This document shows positions 35,462-47,025 of a stretch of 64,000 bases of DNA, piece by piece. Position 1 is the first letter of the stretch; every line of letters begins with the position of its first letter. Source of the stretch: Gammaproteobacteria bacterium (GTDB taxonomy: Bacteria; Pseudomonadota; Gammaproteobacteria; UBA4575); assembly GCA_965243395.1 (NCBI GenBank), contig CBDEUS010000002.1:416001-480000 (forward strand), in the 5' to 3' direction. The position numbers and the translations under genes were made by a program. The notes beneath the pieces were generated by a model, which worked only from the letters and a program-made list of their open reading frames with translations, was not told where the DNA came from and did not search any database.

Positions 35462-36433
35462 ATGAATAAAGGTCTTAACATAGTATTTGCAGGGACACCG
35501 GAATTTGCAGCGGTAGCATTACAGTCTTGTATTAGCAGTCATCACAATGTTGTTGCGGTATATACTCAACCCGATCGACCTGCAGGACGTGGCCGTAAAA
35601 TTAACTATAGTCCGGTCAAACAACTGGCGCTTGATGCGGATATTCCGATATTTCAACCAGATCGTTTTGCAAATAATCAAATCGAGCAACTAAAAAGTAC
35701 TGATGCTGACCTCATGCTAGTGAGTGCGTATGGCATGCTTTTACCTATTGATGTTTTAGAAATTCCCAAGCTCGGTTGCATCAATATTCATGCTTCTTTA
35801 CTGCCCAAATGGCGTGGTGCCGCACCCATTCAGCGCGCGATTATCGCGGGGGATACACAAACCGGTATTAGTATTATGCAAATGGTTGAGGCACTTGATG
35901 CTGGTCCTGTTCTGCAAACGTTTACTTGCGATATTTATGCGAATGATACGGGGAAGAGTTTGCATGACCGTCTTGCAAAAATAGCTGCTGATGAAATTAT
36001 TACTGTATTAGATTGCTTGCAAAAGCATGAATTGCAAGCCGTCGTACAAGATGAAAGTCGAGTAAGTTATGCCAATAAACTTAGTAAACAAGAAGCTAAT
36101 ATAGATTGGAATCAATCGGCCGTTGAGATAGAACGCAAAATCAGAGCCTTTAATGCTTGGCCGGTTGCGTATAGCTATATGAATGATCAACGAGTGAGAA
36201 TTTGGCAGGCTGAGTTATGCTCTACAGCAACGCACGCACCACCAGGTGCAATTGTCACTGCCGATAAAAATGGTATTCAAGTAGCCACTGGTGAAGGTGA
36301 TCTTAAGCTCAAAACCTTGCAGCTTGCCGGCGGGAAGGAAATAAGCGCACAGGATTTTATTAACGCACATAACGTAGACGGCCAGCACTTTAAATCTGAT
36401 ACCACTAAAAATCCTATTAAGGCTTCAGCATGA
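35462..36433 (+). CDS. fmt: Methionyl-tRNA formyltransferase
   Basis: FAGTPEFA, TQPDRPAGRG, HASLLPKWRGAAPI. Confidence 0.98.
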   Translation: MNKGLNIVFAGTPEFAAVALQSCISSHHNVVAVYTQPDRPAGRGRKINYSPVKQLALDADIPIFQPDRFANNQIEQLKSTDADLMLVSAYGMLLPIDVLEIPKLGCINIHASLLPKWRGAAPIQRAIIAGDTQTGISIMQMVEALDAGPVLQTFTCDIYANDTGKSLHDRLAKIAADEIITVLDCLQKHELQAVVQDESRVSYANKLSKQEANIDWNQSAVEIERKIRAFNAWPVAYSYMNDQRVRIWQAELCSTATHAPPGAIVTADKNGIQVATGEGDLKLKTLQLAGGKEISAQDFINAHNVDGQHFKSDTTKNPIKASA

Positions 36434-36996
36434 TGAGTGTGCAAAAATTTTATAAATATGTGTTAGTGCTGATTATTCTTAGTACTTTTCTCAGTACGGG
36501 CTTAGCTAGAACCAGTGCGGTAGAAGTCAATTATTTAAATGTTGCCAAACTTAATAATGAACTTCGGTTAGATGCTGAAATTGCATACGAGTTAAATAGC
36601 GAGGTTCGGCGAGCATTAGTTAATGGAATTCCATTGATGTTTCAGGTTGAAGTACAAGTTGTGGCACTTAAAGATTGGCGTTGGGACAAAATTATTTCTT
36701 CTGTCGTCAAGACATACGAGCTTAAATACCATGCTCTTAGTAAACAATATGTTCTAGATAATCTTGAGTCTGGCGAAAGCGATAGTTATCCTGATTTGGA
36801 ATCAGTGCTCATTCAGCAAGGAAGAGTTTCTGCAATGTATATTGCTGAAATAGATTACTTAGATGAACAAGAAAAGTATGTTGTGCAATTACGTGCACGT
36901 TTATTAAGTAATAAATTACCTTTGCCTTTAAGAATGAAAAGTTATTTTTCTCCTAAATGGCGTTTAAGTAGCGGGTGGCACGAATGGCCCTTATAG
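36430..36996 (+). CDS. DUF4390 family periplasmic protein
   Basis: Signal peptide; [25 protein letters not shown]; position upstream of the NtrY-like kinase. Confidence 0.8.
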   Translation: MMSVQKFYKYVLVLIILSTFLSTGLARTSAVEVNYLNVAKLNNELRLDAEIAYELNSEVRRALVNGIPLMFQVEVQVVALKDWRWDKIISSVVKTYELKYHALSKQYVLDNLESGESDSYPDLESVLIQQGRVSAMYIAEIDYLDEQEKYVVQLRARLLSNKLPLPLRMKSYFSPKWRLSSGWHEWPL

Positions 36997-37019
36997 CTAA
37001 AGAAGCTTCAGATAATAAA

Positions 37020-39260
37020 ATGCAAGATAAACAAGCTACGGAAAAACATACTAATTTGCGCATATGGCCAATAGTTTTCTTGTTTGTTTTATTGATGGGC
37101 TCATTGTATTTACTAGCAGATGCTACGCGTAGTGAAACTAGTTTTGAGCAACTGCATTACTGGTTGTTTCCATTTAACGTTTTATTGCTTGCAATATTTT
37201 TAATTTTAATTGTAGTTAATATTGCAAGATTAGGTACGCAAGTTGTCAGACGACTGCCTGGTTCACGTTTAACATTACGTTTATTGTTAATGTTTGTGTT
37301 ATTAGCGATTGTTCCTGTAGGAATCGTATATACATTTTCAATGTGGCTAATCCAAGAGGGGGTGGATAGTTGGTTTGATGCAGATGTTGAAAAAGCATTA
37401 CAAGATTCTGTTGATCTAAGTCGGTCATCTCTGGATTTGCATATGCGTAAACTTCGACAACAAACCGAACCTATGGTTAGAGAGTTAGCTCAAACAACCC
37501 CATTAGATGCGCCTTTGGTGATTAACGATTTACTGCGTCGTAGTGGCGCTGCAGAAATTGTTTTGTTTACTCGAAGCAGTCGTATTATTGCCTCTGGTGG
37601 TGAAGTAGGTGCCGCCGTATTACCACGTTTACCGGGAGAAACCGTAATGCGACTGGTAAGCCAAGGGGAAACTTATGTTGGCTTAGATCCTATTAAAGAT
37701 TCAGGATTACATGTGCGCTTAGTATTTCCGATGGATGTAGGGCGTGCCACTACAGAACAACGCATGGCACAAGTGTTATATCCGATATCAGATCGAATCA
37801 GTAATTTAGCACTTGGTGTTCAAGAAGGGTTTGGTAAATATAACGAATTGGTTTATCTGCGCACCCCTCTTAAACAAAATTTTGCACTCATAATAACGTT
37901 GGTGCTGTTATTGGGAATTTTATTCGCCGTGTGGGCCGCTTTTTATTCAGCACGCAAATTAGTGGAGCCTATAAAAGATCTAGCGCAAGGCACTAAAGCG
38001 GTTGCAGAAGGGCAATATCATAAAAAAATTCCTGTCGAACGTAATGATGACCTGGGTATGTTGGTTGCGTCTTTTAATCAAATGACAGAACGACTTTCTT
38101 TAGCCCGAGATAAAGCTAAATTAAGTCAGCGCTTAATTGATAGTCAACGTATTTATTTGCAAACTATTTTAGAGAATTTGTCTTCAGGTGTAATAAGTCT
38201 TGATCAAAACTTGGTGATCAAAACCGTAAATGCGACAGCATCGCAAATTTTAGGTATGGATATTAATGAATATGTAGGCCGTGACATCGCTCAGCTTTCT
38301 ATGGCGAATGAAAACCTAAAAAGTTTTTGTGACCAAATTGTACCCATGATTCAAGGGCATCAACTACAGTGGCAAGCCGAAGTAAAATTATTTGGTGCCA
38401 ATCAAAATAAAACTTTAATGTGCAGAGGTGTAAAATTACCGGATGAGCCTGAACAAACTGGAGGCTATGCACTAGTGTTTGATGACATTACAGAACTCAT
38501 TAGTGCACAACGTGATTCTGCGTGGGGAGAAGTTGCACGACGCTTAGCACATGAAATCAAAAACCCGCTTACCCCGATCCAGCTATCTGCAGAGCGCCTA
38601 CAACGTAAAATATTACCTGAACTTGATCAACATGATGGCAGTATTCTGGACCGTGCGACATCTACGATAATAGAACAAGTGGAATCTATGAAAGAGATGG
38701 TTAATGATTTTGCTGATTATGCGCGTGCACCACAAATAGAAAAAACCCCGCTTGATCTAAACAAACTGATTACAGAAGTTGTTGAGCTTTATCAAAACAA
38801 TACACAAAATTTTGCTGTACTCACTTCATTAGATGAGTATCCACCATTAATATTGGGCGATAATACGCGCCTGCGTCAATTGATGCATAACCTTATTAAA
38901 AATGCATTTGAAGCAATGTCTGAAACAGATAAAGATGAAAAGCAAGTCCAAATTACTACGCGTTGTTTTGAGATTAGTGGCGTTGCATTTGTGAGTTTGG
39001 TTGTAGTAGATGATGGTCCGGGATTTCCAGATGAAGTACTTGAACGATTATTTGAGCCCTATGTGACAACTAAAAATACGGGCAACGGTTTAGGTTTAGC
39101 AATTGTAAAGAAGATTGTGGAAGAACATGGTGGAACCATCCGTGCAGAAAATTCTCCTGATAGAGGAGCCCGAATTAAAATTCGTATACCATTAAGCACA
39201 ATGCAAATGAGCGATACTGCAAGTGATATAGCAGTACGTAGCCAAGGAGACGCGGCATGA
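37020..39260 (+). CDS. NtrY-like HAMP/PAS sensor histidine kinase
   Basis: TMs, [34 protein letters not shown]-box, [15 protein letters not shown]. Confidence 0.9.
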   Translation: MQDKQATEKHTNLRIWPIVFLFVLLMGSLYLLADATRSETSFEQLHYWLFPFNVLLLAIFLILIVVNIARLGTQVVRRLPGSRLTLRLLLMFVLLAIVPVGIVYTFSMWLIQEGVDSWFDADVEKALQDSVDLSRSSLDLHMRKLRQQTEPMVRELAQTTPLDAPLVINDLLRRSGAAEIVLFTRSSRIIASGGEVGAAVLPRLPGETVMRLVSQGETYVGLDPIKDSGLHVRLVFPMDVGRATTEQRMAQVLYPISDRISNLALGVQEGFGKYNELVYLRTPLKQNFALIITLVLLLGILFAVWAAFYSARKLVEPIKDLAQGTKAVAEGQYHKKIPVERNDDLGMLVASFNQMTERLSLARDKAKLSQRLIDSQRIYLQTILENLSSGVISLDQNLVIKTVNATASQILGMDINEYVGRDIAQLSMANENLKSFCDQIVPMIQGHQLQWQAEVKLFGANQNKTLMCRGVKLPDEPEQTGGYALVFDDITELISAQRDSAWGEVARRLAHEIKNPLTPIQLSAERLQRKILPELDQHDGSILDRATSTIIEQVESMKEMVNDFADYARAPQIEKTPLDLNKLITEVVELYQNNTQNFAVLTSLDEYPPLILGDNTRLRQLMHNLIKNAFEAMSETDKDEKQVQITTRCFEISGVAFVSLVVVDDGPGFPDEVLERLFEPYVTTKNTGNGLGLAIVKKIVEEHGGTIRAENSPDRGARIKIRIPLSTMQMSDTASDIAVRSQGDAA

Positions 39261-40618
39261 GTCAAGAAAGTATTTTGGTTGTCGACGATGAGCCAGATAT
39301 TCGTAATCTGGTACAAGAGATATTAGTCGATGAAGGTTACGATGTTAGTGTTGCCGAAAATACAAAAGTTGCACGTAAACATGCAAGTAGTAAACAACCC
39401 GATTTAGTTCTGCTAGATATTTGGATGCCAGGTGAAGATGGAATTAGCTTATTAAAAGATTGGCAAAGTAGCGGAGGTTTGCAATGCCCTGTAGTTATGA
39501 TGTCTGGGCATGGCACAGTTGAAACGGCAGTAGAAGCTACACGTTTAGGTGCATACGATTTTATTGAAAAGCCACTTACCATGGCAAAATTACTCGTTAG
39601 TGTAAAACGCGCATTAGAGGCGTCTGATCAGAATGAAACTTCAACTAAGAATGAAAACTTAGTAGAAGCACCAATCGGAGCAAGCTTACCTATTCAATCT
39701 TTACGTGACCAAGCAAAAAAATTAGCCGCGCATGACAATATCTTATTTATTAAAGGTGAAACCGGAGTTGGTAAAAAGTCTTACGCTAACTTTATACATT
39801 CACTTAGCACAAGAAAATCTAAACGCTTTATCGCTTTAAGTGAAGATAATTTTAATACTCGAGAAGCTACGAAACAATTAATTGGATCGGAAGAAGATGG
39901 TGTTATTACACCCGGTATATTTGAATTATCGAAAGGCGGAACAATTTTTATTAGTGATGTAGCTAAAATTAATCCGCAAGGCCAAAAATTGTTACTACGG
40001 TTACTACAACGAAAACAATACAACCGTGTCGGCGGCAGTACTGATCTAAAATTCGATGCACGTATGATGGTAGCGACGCAACATAATTTACAGGCTGAAG
40101 TAAAAGCCAACCGCTTTGATGACGAACTATACTTTTTATTAAACGTCATCCCAGTGCGTATCCCAGCTTTACGTGAGCACTTGCAAGATGTACCCGAATT
40201 ATTGCGTTACTACATAGATTTTTATTGTTCCAAAGACAATTATCCATATAGAAATTTTGCCATCGCAGCACAAAACCGATTGCTTCACTACACTTGGCCA
40301 GGCAATGTGCGGGAGCTTAAAAATTTAGTGCAAAGATTGCTAATCTTAAGCTCAGAGGACGAAGTTTCTGCTGAAGAAGTAGAGCAAGCACTGGAAGAAC
40401 AAAATGTAGAAACTCAAAATGAAAGCGCTGCTCATGAAAAGTTATACCGACTGCCGCTAAGGGAAGCACGAGAGTCTTTTGAACGTAGTTATTTCTTATA
40501 TCAGTTGAAACAAGTCGATGGAAATATCAGTAAACTGTCCGAACGTGTTGGGCTTGAACGTACCCACCTATACCGTAAGCTTCGAGCCCTCGGCATTAAT
40601 ACCAAGGAAGTACAATAG
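39257..40618 (+). CDS. NtrX-like response regulator (REC, degenerate AAA+, Fis HTH)
   Basis: [40 protein letters not shown]; no GAFTGA motif. Confidence 0.88.
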   Translation: MSQESILVVDDEPDIRNLVQEILVDEGYDVSVAENTKVARKHASSKQPDLVLLDIWMPGEDGISLLKDWQSSGGLQCPVVMMSGHGTVETAVEATRLGAYDFIEKPLTMAKLLVSVKRALEASDQNETSTKNENLVEAPIGASLPIQSLRDQAKKLAAHDNILFIKGETGVGKKSYANFIHSLSTRKSKRFIALSEDNFNTREATKQLIGSEEDGVITPGIFELSKGGTIFISDVAKINPQGQKLLLRLLQRKQYNRVGGSTDLKFDARMMVATQHNLQAEVKANRFDDELYFLLNVIPVRIPALREHLQDVPELLRYYIDFYCSKDNYPYRNFAIAAQNRLLHYTWPGNVRELKNLVQRLLILSSEDEVSAEEVEQALEEQNVETQNESAAHEKLYRLPLREARESFERSYFLYQLKQVDGNISKLSERVGLERTHLYRKLRALGINTKEVQ

Positions 40619-40653
40619 TTACCTACCGTTCATACTGTTTAGTAGAAAAGGGC

Positions 40654-40682
40654 TTGCATGTCGTAATTAACACGCCTATCCT
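40654..40682 (+). promoter_or_regulatory. Putative sigma70 promoter for trkAH
   Basis: TTGCAT-17 bp-TATCCT upstream of trkA. Confidence 0.5.
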
Positions 40683-40735
40683 GCGCCGGCTGTAATACGA
40701 CAGGGTCTAGAAGACCCGCTCGGTGAAAAAATGCT

Positions 40736-42109
40736 ATGAAAATCATAATCTTAGGTGCAGGCCAAGTAGGCGGATCGCTGGCGCTAAGCTTGGCAAATGA
40801 AAACAACGACATTACTGTTGTCGATACCGATACCTTGATTTTGCAAGATATCCAAGACCGTGCTGATTTACGCACCATTGTCGGTGAGGCATCGCATCCT
40901 TCTGTGTTAGCTCAGGCAGGTGCGAAAGATGCGGACATGATTATTGCGCTGACTAATAGTGACGAGACAAATATGGTGGCTTGCCAAGTTGCCTATACAC
41001 TTTTCCACACACCTACAAAAATCGCACGTATACGTGCAATAGAGTATCTCACTTATAGTGATTTATTTGTGCAAGAAGCATTACCCGTAGATGTGCTTAT
41101 TAGTCCTGAGCATTTAATCTCACAATATATACAGCGCTTAATTGAACATCCCGGCTCATTACAGGTTCTTGACTTTGCCAATGGCCAAATTAAATTATTA
41201 GTTATACGTGCTGAGGCCGATGGCCCTTTAATCGGTAAACGTTTAGAAGATATTTGGGAGGCCATGCCTGAAACAGAAGCAAAAGTGGTAGCGATTTATC
41301 GTAATGATGACTCACTATCATTAGATAGTAATACTGTTATTGATGCGGAGGATGAAGTATTTTTCCTGGCATCCTCTGCAAATGCCATGACACTGACAAC
41401 ACAGCTACGCGGTGCTGATAAACCATACAAGCGTGTGCTACTTGCTGGCGGAGGAAACATCGGTTTTCATCTCGCCAAAGCACTAGAAAACAAATATCAA
41501 GTTAAAATTATTGAAGCCTATCCTGAACGTGCAAATTATTTATCTGAATCGCTGGATAAGGCCATTGTTTTACAAGGGGATGCTGCAGATCAAGACATGT
41601 TAGTAGAAGAAAATATCGAAAACATGGATGTATTTTGCGCGCTCACAAATGATGATGAAGCCAATATCCTTTCTGCCATGCTGGCAAAACGCTTAGGTGC
41701 CAATAAAGTAATGTCGTTGATCAATCGCCCTAGTTATGTAGATCTGGTCGAAAGCGGCATGATTGATATTGCGATTTCACCTCAGCAAGTAACGCTAGGC
41801 ACACTGTTAGCACATGTACGTAAGGGAGATATCGTTGCAGTGCATTCTTTGCGGCGCGGTGCGGCGGAAGCAATTGAAGCGGTGGCACATGGAGATAAAA
41901 AGACTTCTAAAGTAGTAGGGCGTAATATAGAGCAAATTAATCTACCCAGTGGTGCGACGATTGGTGCCATAGTTCGTGGTGATGAGGTGATGATGGCAGA
42001 AGCAGATATCACAATCGAGTCAGAAGACCACGTGATTATCTTTTTAGCAGACAAAACTGCTGTTAAAGATATAGAAAAACTGTTTCAAGTTAGTGCAACG
42101 TTCATTTAA
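40736..42109 (+). CDS. trkA: Trk potassium uptake protein TrkA
   Basis: MKIIILGAGQVG, GGGNIG, HSLRRGAAEAIE. Confidence 0.97.
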   Translation: MKIIILGAGQVGGSLALSLANENNDITVVDTDTLILQDIQDRADLRTIVGEASHPSVLAQAGAKDADMIIALTNSDETNMVACQVAYTLFHTPTKIARIRAIEYLTYSDLFVQEALPVDVLISPEHLISQYIQRLIEHPGSLQVLDFANGQIKLLVIRAEADGPLIGKRLEDIWEAMPETEAKVVAIYRNDDSLSLDSNTVIDAEDEVFFLASSANAMTLTTQLRGADKPYKRVLLAGGGNIGFHLAKALENKYQVKIIEAYPERANYLSESLDKAIVLQGDAADQDMLVEENIENMDVFCALTNDDEANILSAMLAKRLGANKVMSLINRPSYVDLVESGMIDIAISPQQVTLGTLLAHVRKGDIVAVHSLRRGAAEAIEAVAHGDKKTSKVVGRNIEQINLPSGATIGAIVRGDEVMMAEADITIESEDHVIIFLADKTAVKDIEKLFQVSATFI

Positions 42110-42197
42110 TTTAGGTTAATAGTCCTACATCGCGATTTACAAAACGCGTTTCCGTTAAATATTTTTTAATATTTACATTTTATCTAAATACTAACTC

Positions 42198-43649
42198 ATG
42201 CAAAGACAAGTCATTCAACGTGTATTAGGAATTTTGCTGGCTTGGTTTAGTGTCACGATGCTGCCGCCTATACTTGTTGATCAAATTTATACGGAGCATG
42301 CTTATACACCTTTTCTATTAGCATTTATTATCACTTTAGTTACTGGGTTGTTATTGTGGTATCCGGTAAGAACTTACCGGGATGATTTACGTTTACGTGA
42401 TGGATTTTTAATCGTTGTTTTATTTTGGACAGTACTAGGATTATTTGGCGCACTACCACTAATATTTAGCAGTGCTCTTTCTATTGGCATTACGGACTCT
42501 ATCTTTGAATCGATTTCAGGTTTAACCACAACGGGTGCCACGGTAATCACAAATCTAGATGAATTACCCAAATCGATTTTATTTTACAGACAAGCTTTAC
42601 AATGGTTAGGCGGTATGGGAATTATTGTACTGGCTGTGGCCATTCTACCTATGCTTGGGGTGGGCGGTATGCAATTGTATCGTGCAGAAACACCTGGCCC
42701 AGTAAAAGATACAAAGCTTACACCACGAATAAAAGAGACTGCAAAAGCACTTTGGTATATCTATTTATCCTTAACCGTTGCATGTGCAATAAGTTATTGG
42801 TTGGCTGGGATGAATGTATTTGACGCTATTGGGCATAGCTTCTCTACAGTAGCAATTGGCGGTTTTTCTACACATGATGAAAGCATAGGGCATTTTCGCA
42901 GCGCATCGATTGAAACCGTTGCCATTATTTTCATGTTGCTGTCAGGTTTAAATTTTGGTTTGCATTTTATAACTTGGAAATCACAAAGTTTACGACACTA
43001 CTTTCAAGATGCAGAATTTAAAACCTATTTTTTTGTAATCATCTCTATTACTACAATTACGGCATTATTTTTACGTCTTGGAGAAGTGTATTTAAGTTGG
43101 GGCGATGCTTTTTCTAAAGCAGTGTTTCACTCCGTTTCAATTGCTACTACAACTGGGTTTACCACGTCCCAATATCATTTTTGGCCAAGCTTCTTACCAT
43201 TACTATTATTGTTAGCAAGTTTTATCGGAGGTTGTACTGGCTCAACGGGTGGTGGCATGAAGGTAATCCGAGTGCTTCTGTTGGTAAAACAAGGCATGCG
43301 AGAAATGCAGCGGTTGATTCACCCAAATGCAAAAATTGCTGTAAAAATCGGGTCGAAAGCTGTTGATGGCCGCGTGATTGAAGCGGTGTGGGGGTTTTTC
43401 TCGGCCTATATCGGAGTTTTTGTGGTGATGCTTTTGCTACTCATGGCCTCAGGATTAGATCAAGTAACGGCCTTTTCCGCAGTTACCGCAACGCTTAATA
43501 ATTTAGGCCCAGGATTAGGAGAAGTGGGCGCCAACTACACGAGTATTAATAATTTTAGTAAATGGGTATTGTGTTTAGGTATGTTGCTTGGACGCCTCGA
43601 AATTTTCACACTACTCGTTATCCTAACCCCAGCATTTTGGCGCAGGTGA
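42198..43649 (+). CDS. trkH: Trk potassium uptake membrane protein TrkH
   Basis: SGLTTTGAT, QWLGGMGII, GSTGGG, NNLGPG, GRLEIF. Confidence 0.97.
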   Translation: MQRQVIQRVLGILLAWFSVTMLPPILVDQIYTEHAYTPFLLAFIITLVTGLLLWYPVRTYRDDLRLRDGFLIVVLFWTVLGLFGALPLIFSSALSIGITDSIFESISGLTTTGATVITNLDELPKSILFYRQALQWLGGMGIIVLAVAILPMLGVGGMQLYRAETPGPVKDTKLTPRIKETAKALWYIYLSLTVACAISYWLAGMNVFDAIGHSFSTVAIGGFSTHDESIGHFRSASIETVAIIFMLLSGLNFGLHFITWKSQSLRHYFQDAEFKTYFFVIISITTITALFLRLGEVYLSWGDAFSKAVFHSVSIATTTGFTTSQYHFWPSFLPLLLLLASFIGGCTGSTGGGMKVIRVLLLVKQGMREMQRLIHPNAKIAVKIGSKAVDGRVIEAVWGFFSAYIGVFVVMLLLLMASGLDQVTAFSAVTATLNNLGPGLGEVGANYTSINNFSKWVLCLGMLLGRLEIFTLLVILTPAFWRR

Positions 43650-43668
43650 ATACACATATTATTAAAAT

Positions 43669-44259
43669 ATGAAAGATGTTGAAGCTGAAAAAAAATGGGA
43701 TAAAGTGTACGTCACACAAGATAGTTCAGATGTTAATTTAATAAACCCTGCCGAAGTTTTACTTCAACACACAAGCTTATTACCCGAGACTGGAACAGCA
43801 CTTGATCTTGCTTGTGGTTTAGGCGCAAATGCAATTTATTTAGCCAAACATGGTTTAACAACGCATGCCTGGGATATTTCTACTCAGGCAATAGACAAAC
43901 TGCAAACTTATTGTAGTGAAAATGATATTACAGTGATTGCAGAAGCTCGAGATGTAGAGGAGCGGCCACCAGAAGAAGAATCATTTGATGTAATTTGTGT
44001 CAGCTATTACTTAGAGCGTTCGATTATTTCTAATATCATTGCTGCGTTAAAACCTAAAGGTCTATTGTTTTATCAAACTTTCGTTAAAGAAAGCGTCACA
44101 GACACAGGCCCTAAAAATCCTGCATATCGACTAGGAGATAACGAGTTGCTTACACTATTTTCATCACTACATATTTTGGCTTACCAAGATTACGGACGTG
44201 TAGGTAATTTAAATACTGGCTTAAGAAATATTGCAATGCTGGTTGCCCAAAAAAGGTAA
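43669..44259 (+). CDS. Class I SAM-dependent methyltransferase (TehB-like)
   Basis: ALDLACGLGANA motif I, WDIS, ALKPKGLLFY. Confidence 0.8.
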   Translation: MKDVEAEKKWDKVYVTQDSSDVNLINPAEVLLQHTSLLPETGTALDLACGLGANAIYLAKHGLTTHAWDISTQAIDKLQTYCSENDITVIAEARDVEERPPEEESFDVICVSYYLERSIISNIIAALKPKGLLFYQTFVKESVTDTGPKNPAYRLGDNELLTLFSSLHILAYQDYGRVGNLNTGLRNIAMLVAQKR

Positions 44260-44273
44260 ATCAGAAATTATTT

Positions 44274-45230
44274 ATGTCACTAAAAAAACTTTATCCCGAG
44301 CTTGAACCCTATCACGAGTTTCAATTAAAAGTTTCTGATTTGCATACATTATGGATCGAAGAGTGTGGCAACCCACGTGGCATACCCGTGGTATTTTTAC
44401 ATGGTGGTCCAGGAGCTGCCTGTGAGCCATTTCAAAGGAGATTTTTTGATCCAGATAAATATCGCATAGTTTTATTTGATCAGCGTGGTTGCGGAAGATC
44501 CACTCCACATGCCGAATTACGAGAAAATACAACACAACATTTAATGACTGATATTGAAACTATCCGTCAGTATTTAAAAATTGATAAGTGGTTAGTGTTT
44601 GGTGGATCATGGGGTTCTACATTAGCGCTGGTTTATGCTGAAACATATCCTGAGAAAGTAACAGGTTTAGTTCTAAGGGGTATTTTTTTATGTCGGCCAC
44701 GTGATATCCAATGGTTTTATCAAGACGGAGCAAGCAGAATTTATCCTGACTTATGGCAAGACTACGTAAATGTTATAGATTCTAGTGAGCGAGAAGATTT
44801 AGTTAGTGCTTTTTATAAATGTTTGACTTCCGATGATGAACAAGCGTGTTTGCAAGCGGCAAGAGCATGGTCTGTTTGGGAAGGAAGTACCTCTAATTTA
44901 ATTACTAAACCTAGTGTGTTGGGCCATTTTTCAGATGAACATACCGCTTTAAGTTTGGCTAGAATTGAATGTCATTACTTTATTAATGACTCTTTTCTAG
45001 ATGATAATCAACTACTAGCAAATGCCGATAAATTAAAAAATATACCCGGAATTATTGTACACGGGCGCTATGACGTAGTATGTCCAATTGAACAAGCTTA
45101 TGCATTACACCAGGCTTGGCCAACTGCAGAATTTTTTATTGCACCTACGTCAGGGCATTCTGCAACCGAGGATGAGATTGTCGACGCTTTAGTGGGCGCA
45201 ACCCAAAAGTTTGCCAAGCGATTAGCATGA
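44274..45230 (+). CDS. pip: Prolyl aminopeptidase
   Basis: LHGGPG, DQRGCGRS, GGSWGSTL, GRYDVVCP. Confidence 0.96.
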   Translation: MSLKKLYPELEPYHEFQLKVSDLHTLWIEECGNPRGIPVVFLHGGPGAACEPFQRRFFDPDKYRIVLFDQRGCGRSTPHAELRENTTQHLMTDIETIRQYLKIDKWLVFGGSWGSTLALVYAETYPEKVTGLVLRGIFLCRPRDIQWFYQDGASRIYPDLWQDYVNVIDSSEREDLVSAFYKCLTSDDEQACLQAARAWSVWEGSTSNLITKPSVLGHFSDEHTALSLARIECHYFINDSFLDDNQLLANADKLKNIPGIIVHGRYDVVCPIEQAYALHQAWPTAEFFIAPTSGHSATEDEIVDALVGATQKFAKRLA

Positions 45231-45664
45231 TTACCTTACTGCAACGCGTATCTTGCGCAAGTGTGGAAATTAACAAGGAGGTTGTTGGAAATATCAATGC
45301 GGGAATGCTGGTATTTCTAGCTGTGCAAAAAGACGATACACCTACTACCGCCAACCAAATGCTTCAACGCATTTTGGCTTATCGAATTTTTGCAGATGAG
45401 CACAATAAGATGAATAAAAACATCAAAGAAGTTGCAGGCGGTATCTTATTAGTACCACAATTCACACTTGCTGCAGATACAAAAAAAGGATTGCGACCCA
45501 ATTTTTCCTCTGCCGCATCTCCTGATCAGGGGGAACAGCTATTTGACTATTTTTTAGACAAATTGAAAGCTGAATATGCTAAAGTTTCAGCTGGTGTATT
45601 TGGCGCTGATATGCAAGTGCAACTGATTAATGATGGACCCGTGACATTTTGGCTACAAATATAG
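45227..45664 (+). CDS. dtd: D-aminoacyl-tRNA deacylase
   Basis: LLQRV, PQFTL, FGADMQVQLINDGPVT. Confidence 0.96.
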   Translation: MITLLQRVSCASVEINKEVVGNINAGMLVFLAVQKDDTPTTANQMLQRILAYRIFADEHNKMNKNIKEVAGGILLVPQFTLAADTKKGLRPNFSSAASPDQGEQLFDYFLDKLKAEYAKVSAGVFGADMQVQLINDGPVTFWLQI

Positions 45665-45712
45665 AAAAGAAATTACAAATAATTGTTTAACTAACCCATA
45701 ATTTATATTCCC

Positions 45713-46306
45713 GTGACTGCGCGTACTGCTAGTGTTGAACGCAACACCAACGAAACCCAAATAGCAATTCAATTAAACTTAGATGGTAATGGCCAATCTT
45801 CTTTGAAGACGGGTTTGCCTTTCTTCGAGCATATGTTGAACCAAATTGCTCGTCATGGCATGTTGGATTTAAATATTGATGCAAAAGGTGATCTTGAAAT
45901 TGATGCACACCACACTGTGGAGGATGTAGGCATCACTTTGGGTCAAGCTTTTAATCAAGCGATAAGCGATAAGAAAGGTATTTGTCGCTATGGGCATGCT
46001 TATGTGCCTCTGGACGAAGCGCTATCGCGTGTTGTGATCGATTTTTCAGGTCGTCCTGGTTTAGAGTTTCGAGTGCAGTTTCCGCGTGCACGCGTAGGTG
46101 ATTTCGATGTTGATCTTACCCATGAATTTTTCCAGGGATTTGTAAATCACGCTAATGTAACGTTACACATTGACAATTTATCAGGTGAAAACTCGCACCA
46201 CATAGCTGAGACAATTTTTAAAGCTTTTGGTCGTGCTTTACGCATGGCAGTTACTGCCGATGAGCGAATGCAAGGGGTCGTACCTTCTACAAAAGGTAGT
46301 TTATAG
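45713..46306 (+). CDS. hisB: Imidazoleglycerol-phosphate dehydratase (monofunctional)
   Basis: [36 protein letters not shown]. Confidence 0.97.
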   Translation: MTARTASVERNTNETQIAIQLNLDGNGQSSLKTGLPFFEHMLNQIARHGMLDLNIDAKGDLEIDAHHTVEDVGITLGQAFNQAISDKKGICRYGHAYVPLDEALSRVVIDFSGRPGLEFRVQFPRARVGDFDVDLTHEFFQGFVNHANVTLHIDNLSGENSHHIAETIFKAFGRALRMAVTADERMQGVVPSTKGSL

Positions 46307-46365
46307 AATGTTATCTTTACCAGTGAGCTCCAACCGGAAAGTTTATCGAATAACATTATCTTAAT

Positions 46366-47022
46366 ATGAATATCGCAATTGTAGATTATGGCATGGGCAA
46401 CTTATATTCTGTTGCAAAAGCAGTGGAACATGTTGCTGAAGCTAAAGATACTATTGTAGTAACTTCTGATGCTAAAAAAATTTCAGCAAGTGACAAAATA
46501 ATTTTCCCTGGACAAGGTGCCGCAAGGGACTGCATGCAAGCCTTAGATAAATATGGTTTACAACCTGTGATTATGAGTGCTGCTAAACAAAAACCTTTTT
46601 TAGGTATATGCATGGGCATGCAAGTGTTGATGCAAATGAGTGAAGAAAATAACGGAATTGATTGTTTAGGTCTTTATTCCGGTACTGTTAAATATTTTGG
46701 TAACCATATAGATATTGGAGCAAGTGAAAATTCGTATAAAGTTCCTCATATGGGATGGAATATTATTCATCAACAACAAAATCACCCGCTTTGGAATAAT
46801 ATAAAAGATAACAGCTATTTTTATTTTGTTCACAGCTACTTTGTTTATCCTGAGCAACAGGAGTTGACTGCTGGCGTTACAGATTATGGAGTAGCTTTTA
46901 CCTCAGTTATTGCGCATGAAAATGTTTTTGCGTTGCAGTGTCACCCTGAAAAGAGCGCGCAAGCAGGTTTGCAACTATTAAAAAACTTTATACACTGGGA
47001 CGGTAGTGCCAGCATTAATTAA
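46366..47022 (+). CDS. hisH: IGP synthase glutamine amidotransferase subunit
   Basis: DYGMGNL, LGICMGMQ, PHMGWN, YFVHSY, HPEKS. Confidence 0.97.
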   Translation: MNIAIVDYGMGNLYSVAKAVEHVAEAKDTIVVTSDAKKISASDKIIFPGQGAARDCMQALDKYGLQPVIMSAAKQKPFLGICMGMQVLMQMSEENNGIDCLGLYSGTVKYFGNHIDIGASENSYKVPHMGWNIIHQQQNHPLWNNIKDNSYFYFVHSYFVYPEQQELTAGVTDYGVAFTSVIAHENVFALQCHPEKSAQAGLQLLKNFIHWDGSASIN

Positions 47023-47025
47023 ACC

